DNA of 63,436 nt, filler included, from Octopus bimaculoides (Eukaryota): assembly GCF_001194135.2 (NCBI RefSeq). It is 7 parts of 6 records of this genome, joined end to end, with 100 filler letters (N's around TTAATTAATTAA, not from the genome) between each part and the next. Parts side by side here need not be neighbours in the genome. Positions count along the whole stretch, not along the records: positions 17,429 to 24,258 come from NW_026338143.1; positions 24,359 to 45,238 come from NC_069002.1; 5 more parts are not named here. One strand, 5' to 3'. Under the pieces are notes generated by a model that was not told where the DNA came from, did no database searches, and saw only the letters and a program-made list of their open reading frames with translations. The translations under genes were made by a program, and so were the position numbers. Each line of letters opens with the position of its first letter. The first letter of the stretch is position 1. Shown in pieces: positions 23,989 through 37,397 of this stretch.

Positions 23989-24165
23989 CTGTCCAGCTCG
24001 TATGATAGCGTGGAGTCTGAACACCTTTCACAGCAAGGAGAGAACATGATCCCGTCATACCTGGGTACACCATTATCTATTGACGACCTATCTCGACATC
24101 CTAGCTCGATGTCTTCTGATTTTGGCGGTTCGCCATCGGAACTGTCTAGCCCAATTAGCCAGTGA
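23989..24165 (+). CDS. probable terminal coding exon (58 aa, Ser/Pro/acidic-rich C-terminal tail) of an unidentified gene
   Basis: Polypyrimidine tract + ACAG acceptor (AG at 23987-23988); open frame LSSSYDSVESEHLSQQGENMIPSYLGTPLSIDDLSRHPSSMSSDFGGSPSELSSPISQ* in a balanced-GC, non-repetitive island amid microsatellites. Confidence 0.7.
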   Translation: MSSSYDSVESEHLSQQGENMIPSYLGTPLSIDDLSRHPSSMSSDFGGSPSELSSPISQ

Positions 24166-24258
24166 CACCTATTTGTACATAATGCAGACAGCCATACATG
24201 CGTATAAATATGGATATATACGTTCGTGTATATATATATATACATATATATATATATA

Positions 24259-24358
24259 NNNNNNNNNNNNNNNNNNNNNNNNNNNNNNNNNNNNNNNNNN
24301 NNTTAATTAATTAANNNNNNNNNNNNNNNNNNNNNNNNNNNNNNNNNNNNNNNNNNNN
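24259..24358. other. artificial scaffold-joining spacer
   Basis: 44 N + TTAATTAATTAA (24303-24314) + 44 N. Confidence 0.97.
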
Positions 24359-24543
24359 AAGAGGGAAGAAAGAAAGAAAGAAAGAAAGAACGAAGGAAAG
24401 AAAGAAAGAAAGGAGGAAAGAAAGACATTTTTCTTCCCTGCAGTAACGGATCCTCCCCTTCATTCTTTCTATCTATCTCTGCCTCTTTTTCTCTTTCTTT
24501 TTCCCGCTCTTTCTCTCTCTCTTTCTCTCTAACTCTCTCTCTT

Positions 24544-24575
<32 letters not shown>

Positions 24576-24946
24576 CCCCGTTTCCCTCTCATACATACAT
24601 CATTCTTACCTTACCTTGTTAACCAGCCGGGTGTCTCTTTATACATACGTATACGTGTGTGTGTGTGTGTGTGTGTATGTATATATATATATATATATAT
24701 AAATATATACATACATATACACACACAAAAACACGCATACACACAAACCTACTTTTTTTGTGTGTGTGTGTGTGTTCTTACCTACGTACGTACCTACCCG
24801 GATGGCATGGCATGGCATGGCTTGGCTAGCTTGCTAGCTAGCTAACTAGCTAACTAGCTACCAGCTAACTTGGCTGGATAGATGATGACTGAGTAGATAG
24901 CTGGCTGGGTAGCTGTGTCTTGTGTCGATTGGTACGTGCGTGTGTA

Positions 24947-24977
<31 letters not shown>

Positions 24978-27975
24978 ATGCGTATGTATGTACATTAGGT
25001 GTTCTGTGTTAGTTTTTACGATGTACACGTAAGACTGTGCGGTGCGCTCTTTGCATTGGTCTACACGACATAACGTTATTAAAGTACACAGCTTGGGTTT
25101 ATATTTGTATATGGCGTGTGCATACACAAATACATGCATATATGCAAATATATATACATATGCACACACACACACACACACGCATATATATATGCATATG
25201 TGTGTATATATATATATGCATACGCATACATATACACGCACACACAGATATATATATATANNNNNNNNNNNNNNNNNNNNNNNNNNNNNNNNNNNNNNNN
25301 NNNNNNNNNNNNNNNNNNNNNNNNNNNNNNNNNNNNNNNNNNNNNNNNNNNNNNNNNNNNNNNNNNNNNNNNNNNNNNNNNNNNNNNNNNNNNNNNNNNN
25401 NNNNNNNNNNNNNNNNNNNNNNNNNNNNNNNNNNNNNNNNNNNNNNNNNNNNNNNNNNNNNNNNNNNNNNNNNNNNNNNNNNNNNNNNNNNNNNNNNNNN
25501 NNNNNNNNNNNNNNNNNNNNNNNNNNNNNNNNNNNNNNNNNNNNNNNNNNNNNNNNNNNNNNNNNNNNNNNNNNNNNNNNNNNNNNNNNNNNNNNNNNNN
25601 NNNNNNNNNNNNNNNNNNNNNNNNNNNNNNNNNNNNNNNNNNNNNNNNNNNNNNNNNNNNNNNNNNNNNNNNNNNNNNNNNNNNNNNNNNNNNNNNNNNN
25701 NNNNNNNNNNNNNNNNNNNNNNNNNNNNNNNNNNNNNNNNNNNNNNNNNNNNNNNNNNNNNNNNNNNNNNNNNNNNNNNNNNNNNNNNNNNNNNNNNNNN
25801 NNNNNNNNNNNNNNNNNNNNNNNNNNNNNNNNNNNNNNNNNNNNNNNNNNNNNNNNNNNNNNTATATATACCTTTGTGCATGGGTGTAGATATATGAGCT
25901 GAAGCACTGTCTACATATAATTTTGCATGTATGTATACATACACATTCCTGTGTGTAGAGGTGTATATACACATGTGAACAGTATATCTTTGAGCTATGG
26001 TGTACACGTAAACATTAACAATATTAGTTTGTGCAAACGTGTTTATACACACACACACCCACACCCACACACGCATATATATATATATATATATATATAT
26101 ACAGCATATCTCCACATATGCATACATACACATGAATATTGAGCTACATATTTTTGTGCATTGTTTTTTGTACGCAAGTACATACTTCATACCTTTATTT
26201 ACGGGTATATACACACATAAGGGTGCATACGCACGTTGGAGCAAATATCACACACCTTTGTGCAAGGGTGTATACACGCCAGCATAAATTACATGTTGCA
26301 ACGATGTATACACATCGATCATAGGAATATACATACATGCTAATATTTACTATACATATATACATAACTTTGTGCAAGTGTGTATATATGAGACTCAGTA
26401 CGTGTGTATATATAATTTTCTTTTGACAGTATGGGAGTCTTGATGGATATATACATACATATACATAAACACATGTCTGATAATAAAATACTATTTTATT
26501 ATCAGACATCCTTTCCATGACACTCACGCCTGTTTTTTTTTTTTTTACTTTTCTAAGTGTATCTGGTGCTATTTTCTCATATCCCCTTCCATTGTTTAGA
26601 CAGTGGAGTGTCATTTAGAGTAGGGAGGAAGTAAGGGAAGTATTTAGCCGCTATTTCTAGCCCGTCAAGCTACCAAGTTCATATTTGCATCTGCATGCGT
26701 ACGCGGTTATGGGGTGGGGGAAGGACACAGGGTACGCGTTTCTGCATACAATCAGAAGTAACACCCGTATACGTATGCAATTATATATATATATATATAT
26801 ATATGCACTACATATATGCCAGGGTGTATAAACGAAGTGTGTGGAGGTGTGCATACACACACACATACGCACACACACATACACACGCACACGTGTTCGG
26901 GTGGACTGTTTTGGTAAGTGTGTGCGCGTGCGTACAAACGTATGTTTACACACGCTCGAAACGTGTGTGTGTGTGTGTGTGTGTGTGTACGTAGTGAACA
27001 AAAATCGGGTAGCCCAAGGATATATAAATGTACAATGCCGAATCGTGTCTTCTAATCTATGCACGTTGACATTGCTCAACGAGTGTAAATAAATCGTTAC
27101 ACATGTATATAGCAATATCCTTGGATGTATACACGTGTATATATACGTCACAGATACTAAAGTGCAAGAGTGTATAAACGGGTGGAGATCTTTATACACA
27201 TCTGTGAAAGAATATATATACACGTGTACGGAAGCCTTTGTTTATAAGTATGGGTGTACGCTTGTGCGGTGCATGGATTATAAACAAGGTACCCTGTTAA
27301 TTTTGGCTACAGGTGTATGCAGAAATTTACCAGGGTACAAAATATGTCTTTATTTGCAAGTGCGATTCCATGCGAGTAACCATCTTCAATTTAAAAAGAA
27401 AAATCAATTTCCTCGACAAGAACCTTGTGTGCGCACATTTTCCGTTTGTGCGCTAGTTGTCTACTGTGTGCGCGCGCACAAATGACACAGCTTAGTTAGG
27501 GAAGTTAGCTAGTAAACACTAGTTTAAAGGTTACATGAGGATGTATACTCATATATTTATGTGTAAATCTTGTTTGCGAAATACTTTTCGATGATGTTAG
27601 TGTATGCTTCATCTGGACATGTGTAGCAGAGGGGGATATGAAACAAATGTAATTTTTGGATGTGTGTACACGTGTACGGAAGATGAATGATCGAATGAGG
27701 CATACACGCACACACACACACAGATACATACAAACACACAGCACACACATACATAAATATATACACACACACCCACACACTCACTCACACACAACACACC
27801 CACGCATATATAGATACACTCATAAATACGCACACACACACACACGCACACACACACATATATATAGATACACTCATAAATACACACACACACACACATA
27901 CATATAGATATCAATATGTGTATAGATAACGATATATGTAGCCGTATAGGAAATGTGTTCTCACAGGTGTGAATG

Positions 27976-28013
<38 letters not shown>

Positions 28014-28267
28014 NNNNNNNNNNTTGTGTATGGGGGGGGGGCGTGAAATCCGGGTATATACCTAGGTATATCAATCCATTTCAGCTGTCCCCTCTATCGG
28101 TCATTCTCTATCTGCCACGAATAAGACAAACTGCACACAAACACACACACATATACGCGCGCACACAGACACACACATTCACAGATGCACGCACATGCAT
28201 ACGAATGTATACGTACATATCATACACACACATGTATGCATATATACATATATATATATATATTATA

Positions 28268-28634
28268 GGCGTAGGAGTGGCTATGTGATAAGAAGCTTGC
28301 TTCCCAACCAACATGGTTCCAGGTTCAGTACTACTGCGTGGCAGCATGGGAAAGTGTCTTCTACTATAGCATTGCGAGTGAATTTGGTAGACGGAAACTG
28401 AAAGAAGCCCGTCGTATATATATTTGTGTGTCTGTGTTTGTCCTCCCACCATCGCTTGACAACTGATGTTGGTGTATTTACGTCACCGTAACTTAACAGT
28501 TTGGCTCAAGAGACCGATAGAATAAGTGCTAGGCTTACAAAGAATAAGTCCCGGGGGTCGATTTGTTCGACTAAAGTCGGTGCTCCAGCATGGCAGGGGT
28601 CAAAGGACTGAAACGTTTAAAAGGATAAAAGAAT
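28268..28634 (+). mobile_element. tRNA-derived SINE family A, near full length
   Basis: GGCGTAGGAGTGGCTATGTG head, GGTTCAGTA B-box-like motif, AAGTGTCTTCTACTATAGC, GGAAACTGAAAGAAGCCCGTCG(TA)n, then the 3' module ending GACTGAAAC..AAAAGAAT. Confidence 0.9.
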
Positions 28635-28722
28635 AATGTGTGTGTGCGTATGTGTGTGTCCGTGTGTGCATCTATATAAGCATATGCTTGTATATGTATA
28701 CACACACACACACACACATAAG

Positions 28723-30146
28723 CAAATGAATAACAACGGACGATAGATAATTGTCAGTTCATAACAGCTGTTTCTGACGCATCTTTTTAGTAGAAGAATG
28801 AGAACATTACTCCATTACAAAAAAAGAAAAAAGAAAAAAGAAAACCGCAATCATCAGGTGAAACATAATTTTACCTGATGAATACGGTTTTTCTTTTTTG
28901 TAATTTAACAGTCAAAAGAATATCCCAAGAATACAGCAGGGCTATGGCTGAAGTCTATCGAGGCCAAAGCTGAAATAGGAGACTGACCAACAAAGTTGGC
29001 CGTTGAGATTACGATTATAGTTTCGTTTCCCTTTACCATTACTTTCTAATAACTCTTACTATGCTTTCATGGTATGCTGTATTGAAGGAACTAACCATTC
29101 TATCTGTGGTGTACCCAGTATTATGCAATAGCGATAGCAAAGATATCTAACCTAGAAGTCGCAGCCTGCACACCCTAGCCAGATCTTTTCCAATTCCACT
29201 AAGTAAATAATCCTTTTACAAAGACAGTTATTTGTGCTACGCTGGTTAAATAATAGAACACACTATTTAAATCTCTTACCTGCGACTATTGTCCGGAGTT
29301 GCATTACCTCATTCACACAATGGTGATTATACTATGTAATTAAATAATATCAAAGCCACCTGTATAACATTCCAGATTGTTAATCATTAGACTACTCCCT
29401 ACTGCTGGCTTTCTTTGATATCTGATCTGGTATCTCCTCTATCTCCTCTATCTCCGCACTAGGTATAGTTTATTATATAACCCCACCTTCTTTAAACTCT
29501 TTAAACGATAAATAATGTTCTCCTATTACTAACACTACACTTCCATAAAAGTTAAATCTTATTATTCGATTGTATTCGTACCCTCATCCAACTTTCAACC
29601 AATATTCACAGAATACCCCTAAATTCTGTGTATCCCTGCCCTCCTCCCTTTGTTCTTTAGCCTTAACTAGCGAATCCTAAACCCTGACCGTATGCTTAAT
29701 TGATTTGTATGCTTTTATTTTTCTTCACTTTTGCTTTCTTTATCCTTAATTTATATCAAGACCTCTCTTTGCTACCCACTGCTTTAAGCCTACTATAACA
29801 AAATATCAATTACGCCCCACCCCAGTCTACCTAAGAACCAGTCTAGCAGACTCCTATCTTACCAGGGTCGCTGACCTTAGATATCATATTACACACTTTC
29901 AAAACCTATATTCTTAATCTCAACGGCCAACTTTGTTGGTCATTCTCCCATTTCATAGTTGACCTCGACAGACTTCAGCTACATCCCTGCTGTATTCTTG
30001 GAATATTCTTTCGTTGTAAAATTACGTTTCACCTGCTGATTACGGTTTTTTTGTAATGGAGTAATATTATCATTCTTCTATTAAAGATGAGTAAGAAACA
30101 GCTGTAATTAAGTGACAATTATCCATCGTCTGTTATTATTCATTTG
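28723..30146. mobile_element. ~1.4-kb element bounded by long inverted repeats (28723-29011 and 29915-30146); internal part unassigned
   Basis: The arms align over their whole length (e.g. TGACCAACAAAGTTGGCCGTTGAGATTA / TAATCTCAACGGCCAACTTTGTTGGTCA); no intact ORF inside. Confidence 0.85.
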
Positions 30147-30344
30147 ATTATAATACACCATAGGGTTTTACGACACGTCGGACACCCTGGAGTATACCAA
30201 CAGCGTACTATTCAATGTATCGTGTGATTTGGACCAGCCCCTACGCGCTAAATACTCATAGGGTTTGTTTTCTGTGTACACAACCGGAATATCTTATTTG
30301 ATACTTACCAACTATAGGCCATTATATATATATAATGTGTATGA

Positions 30345-30585
30345 AGGTGCGTGGCGTAGTGGTTAGGGAATTCGACTCACGATTGTATGGTCGTGAGTTC
30401 AATTCTCTGCGATGCGTTTTGTCCTTGAGCAAGACACTTTATTTCACGTTGCTCCAGTCCACTCAACTGGCAAAAATTAGTTGTACCTTGTATTTCAAAG
30501 AGCCAGACTTGTCACACTCTGTGTCAAGCTGAATCTCCCTGAGAACTACGTTAAGGGCACACGTGTCTGTGGATTACTCAGTATG
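30345..30585 (+). mobile_element. tRNA-derived SINE family C
   Basis: A-box TGGCGTAGTGG, B-box GAGTTCAATTC, then TTGTCCTTGAGCAAGACACTTTATTTCACGTTGCTCCAGTCCACTCAACTGG. Confidence 0.85.
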
Positions 30586-30764
30586 AAATGTGTGTGTACG
30601 TAATAGACAGATGTCAGTTATTTTGTTTTTTAATAGCATTGAAACAAAATACTATTAACGCACCTGTAGTGTGTGTGTATGTGTGTGTGTGTGTGTGTGT
30701 GAGAGAGTAGTATATGTCTGCATTTGTTTGTTGCGCAGACAGAAGACAAGAGATTTGGCGGGAA

Positions 30765-30940
30765 CGCATCGGTCAATTAAATCGATCTCAGCACATGGTT
30801 GGGTACGTTATTTTATTGATTCCAGATTAATCAAAAGACAAAGTTCTCCTTGGCATGATTTGAACTCAGAACATAAACGATCTGGAACAAATGCTGCAGC
30901 TTAATTTTGTTAGACAAACTAACGATCCTGCCACTTCGAA
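30765..30940 (-). mobile_element. old SINE family B-related copy
   Basis: GATTTGAACTCAGAACATAAA and CTAACGATCCTGCCA match family B in reverse. Confidence 0.55.
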
Positions 30941-31074
30941 ACCACGAACTGTAGTTGGACTAATAACAATAACGCTAATGATCCTATCAGATTTTAGCCC
31001 ATGGCCGGTAATTTTGCAGGTGCTGCTGTAGTAGTGGATCTAAGTCATTGACATTGACTTTCGTAGTCAACTGT

Positions 31075-31191
31075 GGAGGCGCAATGGCCCAGTGGTTAGA
31101 GCAGCGGACTCGCGGTCATAGGATCGCGGTTTCGATTCCCAGACCGGGCGTTGTGGGTGTTTATTGAGCGAAAACACCTAAAGCTCCACGA
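31075..31191 (+). mobile_element. tRNA-like SINE head, 3'-truncated
   Basis: A-box TGGCCCAGTGG and B-box GTTTCGATTCC, continuing into a non-tRNA body (TTGAGCGAAAACACCTAAAGCTCCACG). Confidence 0.8.
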
Positions 31192-32504
31192 AACCGTTTT
31201 ATTGTTCTTTTTTTTCTTATTTTTTGTTTCCTTTTTTTTTTTTTGATGTCCGGTTGAGTACTGACAGTTTTTAAATTTGGCGGGTTTTGCGTAAGAGCTC
31301 GTTTGGTGGACAATATTTGAAACAACGAGAAGGCAGCGAGNNNNNNNNNNNNNNNNNNNNNNNNNNNNNNNNNNNNNNNNNNNNNNNNNNNNNNNNNNNN
31401 NNNNNNNNNNNNNNNNNNNNNNNNNNNNNNNNNNNNNNNNNNNNNNNNNNNNNNNNNNNNNNNNNNNNNNNNNNNNNNNNNNNNNNNNNNNNNNNNNNNN
31501 NNNNNNNNNNNNNNNNNNNNNNNNNNNNNNNNNNNNNNNNNNNNNNNNNNNNNNNNNNNNNNNNNNNNNNNNNNNNNNNNNNNNNNNNNNNNNNNNNNNN
31601 NNNNNNNNNNNNNNNNNNNNNNNNNNNNNNNNNNNNNNNNNNNNNNNNNNNNNNNNNNNNNNNNNNNNNNNNNNNNNNNNNNNNNNNNNNNNNNNNNNNN
31701 NNNNNNNNNNNNNNNNNNNNNNNNNNNNNNNNNNNNNNNNNNNNNNNNNNNNNNNNNNNNNNNNNNNNNNNNNNNNNNNNNNNNNNNNNNNNNNNNNNNN
31801 NNNNNNNNNNNNNNNNNNNNNNNNNNNNNNNNNNNNNNNNNNNNNNNNNNNNNNNNNNNNNNNNNNNNNNNNNNNNNNNNNNNNNNNNNNNNNNNNNNNN
31901 NNNNNNNNNNNNNNNNNNNNNNNNNNNNNNNNNNNNNNNNNNNNNNNNNNNNNNNNNNNNNNNNNNNNNNNNNNNNNNNNNNNNNNNNNNNNNNNNNNNN
32001 NNNNNNNNNNNNNNNNNNNNNNNNNNNNNNNNNNNNNNNNNNNNNNNNNATGGTGTATCTTGGACTACGACATTCATGTGTATTCATTCCTTTTTCTCCT
32101 GTACTCTTTAAACGGTGCAGTTTGGTTTAAAAGGACATTTCTACTACTATTTGTAGCAGATCGTGGTACAGTTTGTGTGTGCATATGTGCCGCGATAATC
32201 AAAATGTACGCAACTGAATCAACATTCACCTTGAATGATAAAAACAAAAAAAAAAAAAGAAAAAGGAAAGGAAAGAAAGAAGGAAAGAAAAAAGTACTTG
32301 ATGCTCGTTCTTTTTCTCCTCATTCCGCACCTCTTGCTTTTCTTTCAATCCTCCTCATCCATCTCCCTCCCTCTCATCCTCCTCTTCTATTTTTCTTCTT
32401 TTCCTCATTGTCTCATTCATTTTTTCTATTTCTTTCTCTTTCTCTCCCTATCTCTCAAGTCCTTTTCCTTCTTTCTGTATTTCTCGAGACCACCNNNNNN
32501 NNNN

Positions 32505-32595
32505 CTCTCTCTCTCGTTCTCTCTCTCTCTCTCTCATATTCTCTCTCCCTCTCGTTCTCTCTCGTTTTCTCTCTCTCTTGTTCTCGCTCATCTTC

Positions 32596-32626
<31 letters not shown>

Positions 32627-32675
32627 CTCTCTCTCTCTTACTTTCTCTCTCTGTGTCGTTCTCTCTCTCTCTCTC

Positions 32676-32714
<39 letters not shown>

Positions 32715-32805
32715 CTCTCTCTCTCTCTCTCATTCTCTCTCATCTTCTCTCTCCCTCTCGTTCTCTCTCGTTTTCTCTCTCTCGTTCTCTCTCATCTTCT
32801 CTCTA

Positions 32806-32836
<31 letters not shown>

Positions 32837-32874
32837 TACTTTCTCTCTCTCTCTCGTTCTCTCTCATCTCTCTA

Positions 32875-32905
<31 letters not shown>

Positions 32906-33505
32906 TACTTTCTCTCTCTGTATCGTTCTCTCTCTCATTCTCTCTCTCTCGTTCTCTCTCTCTCTCGTTCTCTCTCTCTCTCGTTCTCTCTCTCTNNNNN
33001 NNNNNNNNNNNNNNNNNNNNNNNNNNNNNNNNNNNNNNNNNNNNNNNNNNNNNNNNNNNNNNNNNNNNNNNNNNNNNNNNNNNNNNNNNNNNNNNNNNNN
33101 NNNNNNNNNNNNNNNNNNNNNNNNNNNNNNNNNNNNNNNNNNNNNNNNNNNNNNNNNNNNNNNNNNNNNNNNNNNNNNNNNNNNNNNNNNNNNNNNNNNN
33201 NNNNNNNNNNNNNNNNNNNNNNNNNNNNNNNNNNNNNNNNNNNNNNNNNNNNNNNNNNNNNNNNNNNNNNNNNNNNNNNNNNNNNNNNNNNNNNNNNNNN
33301 NNNNNNNNNNNNNNNNNNNNNNNNNNNNNNNNNNNNNNNNNNNNNNNNNNNNNNNNNNNNNNNNNNNNNNNNNNNNNNNNNNNNNNNNNNNNNNNNNNNN
33401 NNNNNNNNNNNNNNNNNNNNNNNNNNNNNNNNNNNNNNNNNNNNNNNNNNNNNNNNNNNNNNNNNNNNNNNNNNNNNNNNNNNNNNNNNNNNNNNNNNNN
33501 NNNNN

Positions 33506-33557
<52 letters not shown>

Positions 33558-33580
33558 CTCTCTCATCTTCTCTCTATCTA
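32505..33580. repeat. compound (CT)n/CTCTCGTT satellite around a gap
   Basis: Recurring TCTCTCGTTCTCTCTCATCTTCTCTCTATC units. Confidence 0.9.
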
Positions 33581-33669
33581 CCCCGGTTGTTTTTATTCTT
33601 CTTACTGCTACGCGCTCATCAATTATTTCGGTTCTACCAAAACAACTCTGGTTTTGGCTACCAACCACA

Positions 33670-33870
33670 TAACAACTGCTAGAAACAACAGCCAAATCTT
33701 CAAACCACATACCCTACGGCGTTTAAAATAAAAAAATATTCGATAATGTATTCCCAAATAAAAGACAGCGTGTTGGTCACGGCTAGCCGGGATGCATGTC
33801 TTTGACTACGTCTACGCGTTGATCAATGTTAACCTGGGGCTATATACTACAACAACAACAACAACAACAG
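33670..33870 (+). mobile_element. interspersed repeat family D with (ACA)n tail; related fragments at ~7500-7580 and ~48050-48100
   Basis: Shared motif CTAGAAA(C/T)A(A/G)CAGC(C)AAA(T)..TC..AA.CAC. Confidence 0.55.
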
Positions 33871-34064
33871 CAACAGACATCTCAACTCCGCCCCATGCAA
33901 CTAAACCTACATCAATACCCCGTTTCCACCCCAGTTGCTTCTTATTCGGATGTACAACGCTGGAATGCATTCCTTCAATACACAGATGACGAGATAGTCA
34001 CGGCTGGGAAGCCTTTCATTTATATTTCTGCATGATCAACACTGACTTGTTGCCAAACGTTTTT

Positions 34065-34120
<56 letters not shown>

Positions 34121-34249
34121 GCTGCGGCTATCAGCACCTTTACCACCACCACTACCACTACCAGCAACACCACCACCACAACCACAAACATCACCAACAA
34201 AAATAAAATCAATAGTATTAGTAATGTTACTACTACTACTACTGGTTTC

Positions 34250-34592
34250 AAATTTTGGCTCAAGGCCGGCAATTTCGGGAGAAGGGGTAAGTCGATCACA
34301 TCGTACCCAGTGTTCAACTGATACTTATTTTATCGACCCCTGAAAGGATGAAAAGCAAAGTGGACCTCGGTGGAATTTCATCTCAGAACGTGAAGACGGA
34401 CGAAGTACCGCTAAGCATTTTGTCCGGTGTGCTAACGAGTCTGCCAGCTCGCCTAATAATAATGATAATAACGATAATAATAATAATAATAAGGGGATGT
34501 GTTGAGTACATCGACCCCAGTATTCAACTGGTACTTAATTTATCGCTAAGCATTTTGTCCGGAGTGCTAAGGAATCTGCCAGTTCACCGCCT
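34250..34592 (-). mobile_element. two tandem SINE family B copies (34250-34455 near complete; 34495-34592 internally deleted)
   Basis: Reverse-complement matches to the core and head, each followed by (AAT)n. Confidence 0.8.
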
Positions 34593-34644
34593 TAATAATA
34601 ACAACAACAACAACAATAATAATAATATTTTTTTTATTTATGCG

Positions 34645-34705
34645 CCCTTTTAAAGCCTAGCCAGGCTCATGGGCCCGGTTTCCCGGTTTCTTTGGCGTAT
34701 GCTCT
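34645..34705 (-). mobile_element. SINE family C 3' tail
   Basis: ATGCGCCCTTTTAAAGCCTAGCCAGGCTCATGGGCCCGGTTTCCCGGTTTCTTTGGCGTATG; matches the tail at 60-110. Confidence 0.65.
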
Positions 34706-35659
34706 TACGAAACTTTAGGTAATGTGGAGCTGATTCATCTTGCTATTAAGTGCTCAAAACTCCAACTAAATGTGTTGGGTTTTCTTCGTTTGTTCACATG
34801 CTGGAATGTAGGCGTGCGCGCGAGTGTACAAGTGCAACAATGAATTAGCGGCACCATTGCGTTCAAAATCTTACCTAATTAACTGTTTTACTGAACAAGA
34901 GGTGATTACCTCCGGTCAACACACTCTAAGTGACCAATTATACACCCCACTGTGTCTTTAAAGTATCATGGACCTTAAATTCAATAAATATCAAATTTAC
35001 CAAAATAATTAAATAAAACAGAGGCACCCGTACTTTGGTATGAATGACACAAGTTGAACGATACCGAACTGTGCAAAGTACTGTACTGAATATGTACAGG
35101 TATCAGTAAAATAGCTTTAATTAAACAAGATCATTAAAGAAATATTAAATGTAGTTTTACTAATATCTGTAATTACAAAATATGCTGCAGGCATTATTCA
35201 TCAACAATTGGCAAAGTTTTGAATTTTACTGGAATTCTAAAGATAACCGCGAAGTTTGGAATCAGAACACTGTCAGAGTTGCTGTGCGCTTCTCAATTGA
35301 ACATTTCGTCTTGAAATCCTGGTGTTGTTGGTAAGATATCCAGGGCACCTGAACTTGAAACATCAGGACGCATTGTTCTTGGCCAACTTCTTAAACATTT
35401 CATCTGAGCGAAGTTGCTTCATATGTTTATGTGTTTCGGTCTTCCGCTCTGTACATTTTCTGTAGCTCTTGTTTCGTAAGAGTCTCTACATTGCTTTATT
35501 TCTTTGATTACATCCATTAACTAACTCACTTAAACTGTCACAGGAAAGTTAACCACATCCGTTTCTTTATTAGGAAATAAATACTAAAAAAAAAAAAATA
35601 GTTGAAAAATTTTGTGTGTCGTAGAAGTATAACCGGTTTATTGCAAATAAAATTTTAAC

Positions 35660-35715
35660 AGCAAAATCTTATATAAACTCCCAAGGATCATGTGGACCCC
35701 GGTTGAAAACCACTG
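35660..35715. mobile_element. hAT MITE right end
   Basis: Homologous to 3560-3610; ends GGTTGAAAACCACTG. Confidence 0.65.
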
Positions 35716-37397
35716 GTGTAGATGCTTCAACTTTCTATCATCTTTCAGCAACGAATCAACGAACATTTTTCATATTGTTTAACGATTTATAAGTACAGCC
35801 AGCGTTCACCGCATCTGACATATGTTTCATGGAAAGTGAGCTACACTCAGCCTTTAGAGAGTTCAGTATTTGTTGGTCTCAATGGACTGGATAAATGACG
35901 TATAGTTGAGTGATAAATACGCTTATAAACATGTTTTTCTTGTACATACCTCACGGTGGTGCACCAGCATGACCGCAGCCACTTGGCTGAAACACATAAA
36001 TAAAAAAAAAAAATAAAAAAAAAAGTTCAGCTTTTGAGTAGGATGAACAGTTGTCCAGAATAAGAAGAATTTTGAACAAAAACAAAAACCTTTTAAAACC
36101 ATTTTATGATAACTACAGTTGGTATGCAATCATCCTTGTTTGAACGGTGTGTTACTGGAGAATATTTGATTCTTTTCAAGGCTCTGTGACGTATACTTTT
36201 TTCCTATTGCCAACGGCCTACGTCTGAACGTAACCTACAGCATTTGAGCGCAGTATTTTCCAGTCTTATATTGTTAATGTTTTCCTCATTGTGCATCGAT
36301 ATAATACAGGTTTTTCTGTATGATACACAAGCTCGGGTCTGAAGTGCACATAAGTTACGACCTTGGCAAATTCATACACACGCTCAACAGATCTTTCATG
36401 ACTTGCAGACCACTTTCTTTTGTACACCGTTGATGAAAATTCCACAAAGCTTCATGAATTTTTGTAGCCATTCTGGAATATAATTTAAATTCTTTATGAA
36501 ACAAATGACCCTGCTTCATTATTAAGCAGCCTGATGAGTCACTGCAACGAGGTAGAAACCACTCCATCATCACTCGATGATGCTCAGTCACTTTACCATC
36601 TTTTATTGCTTTCCTAATGGTCATTTGTTGCTTTTTGGAATTGCTGTTTGTACAGAACTTTCCCTTTGCTACTGCAAATCACAAACAATTAATGAACCAA
36701 TTCTGTACATTTCCCATAACTTATGCAATGGAACACAAATTCCAGTTTTTCGGCAATTCAACTTTCTCTTCAATCAATGTGGAATTGTGCTCACATTTCA
36801 CACCGCCGGCATCACTCCTGTCTCTCTAAGAAACAAGTGGCAGCGTTAAATCTAACCAAAATTAACTAAGAAACTAAAAATGAGATCTAAGATAGCGCAG
36901 CTAGATTCAAGGTCATCTGTAGGCCATCCAAAACACAAGCCTGGCTGCACATCACACCTGTATGCATACACATATGCGTGCAATTCTGCTTTCTATCTTT
37001 GACATAACACCTCTAATTGTGCATAAGGGTGTGGCTGAGTATATCGATTCCTACTTTATAATATCGATTACTGAGAGAATGAATAGCAAACAGGTGACCT
37101 CGGTACGATTTTGAAATAAGGACGCAAACAACTAACTGTTATTTAATGTCGTCGATCACTCTACTCGGTCTGTAAATTATTGTCACTGTATTTGCCACGA
37201 GGCCTATGAATAGAGAAGGGGACATTATGTGGGGGAAATTACAATAATAAAACCACAAATAAAAACAAAAAAGAATACAATGATCGCTGAGTATACGCAG
37301 AATCGATAATGAACAATAAAGTAAAAAGCAGACACTGCAAACAACTGTGTAATAATAATAATATTAATAATAATTCTGTCAACTATAAGCACAGGGT

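Noticed and set aside
25860-27300. Recurring CTTTGTGCA..GTGTATA(C/T)AC motifs as a spaced array
   Set aside because: Irregular spacing in a (TA/CA)-derived background; a degenerate minisatellite, not a repeat-spacer array.
30015-30070. Hammerhead in the long inverted repeat (CTGCTGA/CTGATGA followed by a TTAC..GTAA stem)
   Set aside because: Both arms have TGGAG instead of GAAA after the stem, so the catalytic core is incomplete.
31075-31150. Possible tRNA gene
   Set aside because: A and B boxes are present, but there is no closing acceptor stem and the sequence continues into a SINE body.
36270-36860. Coding-looking segment (ORF 36355-36624) and similar DNA at 35170-35520
   Set aside because: No motif recognised in any frame and several stops; possibly a decayed transposon, but it cannot be supported.
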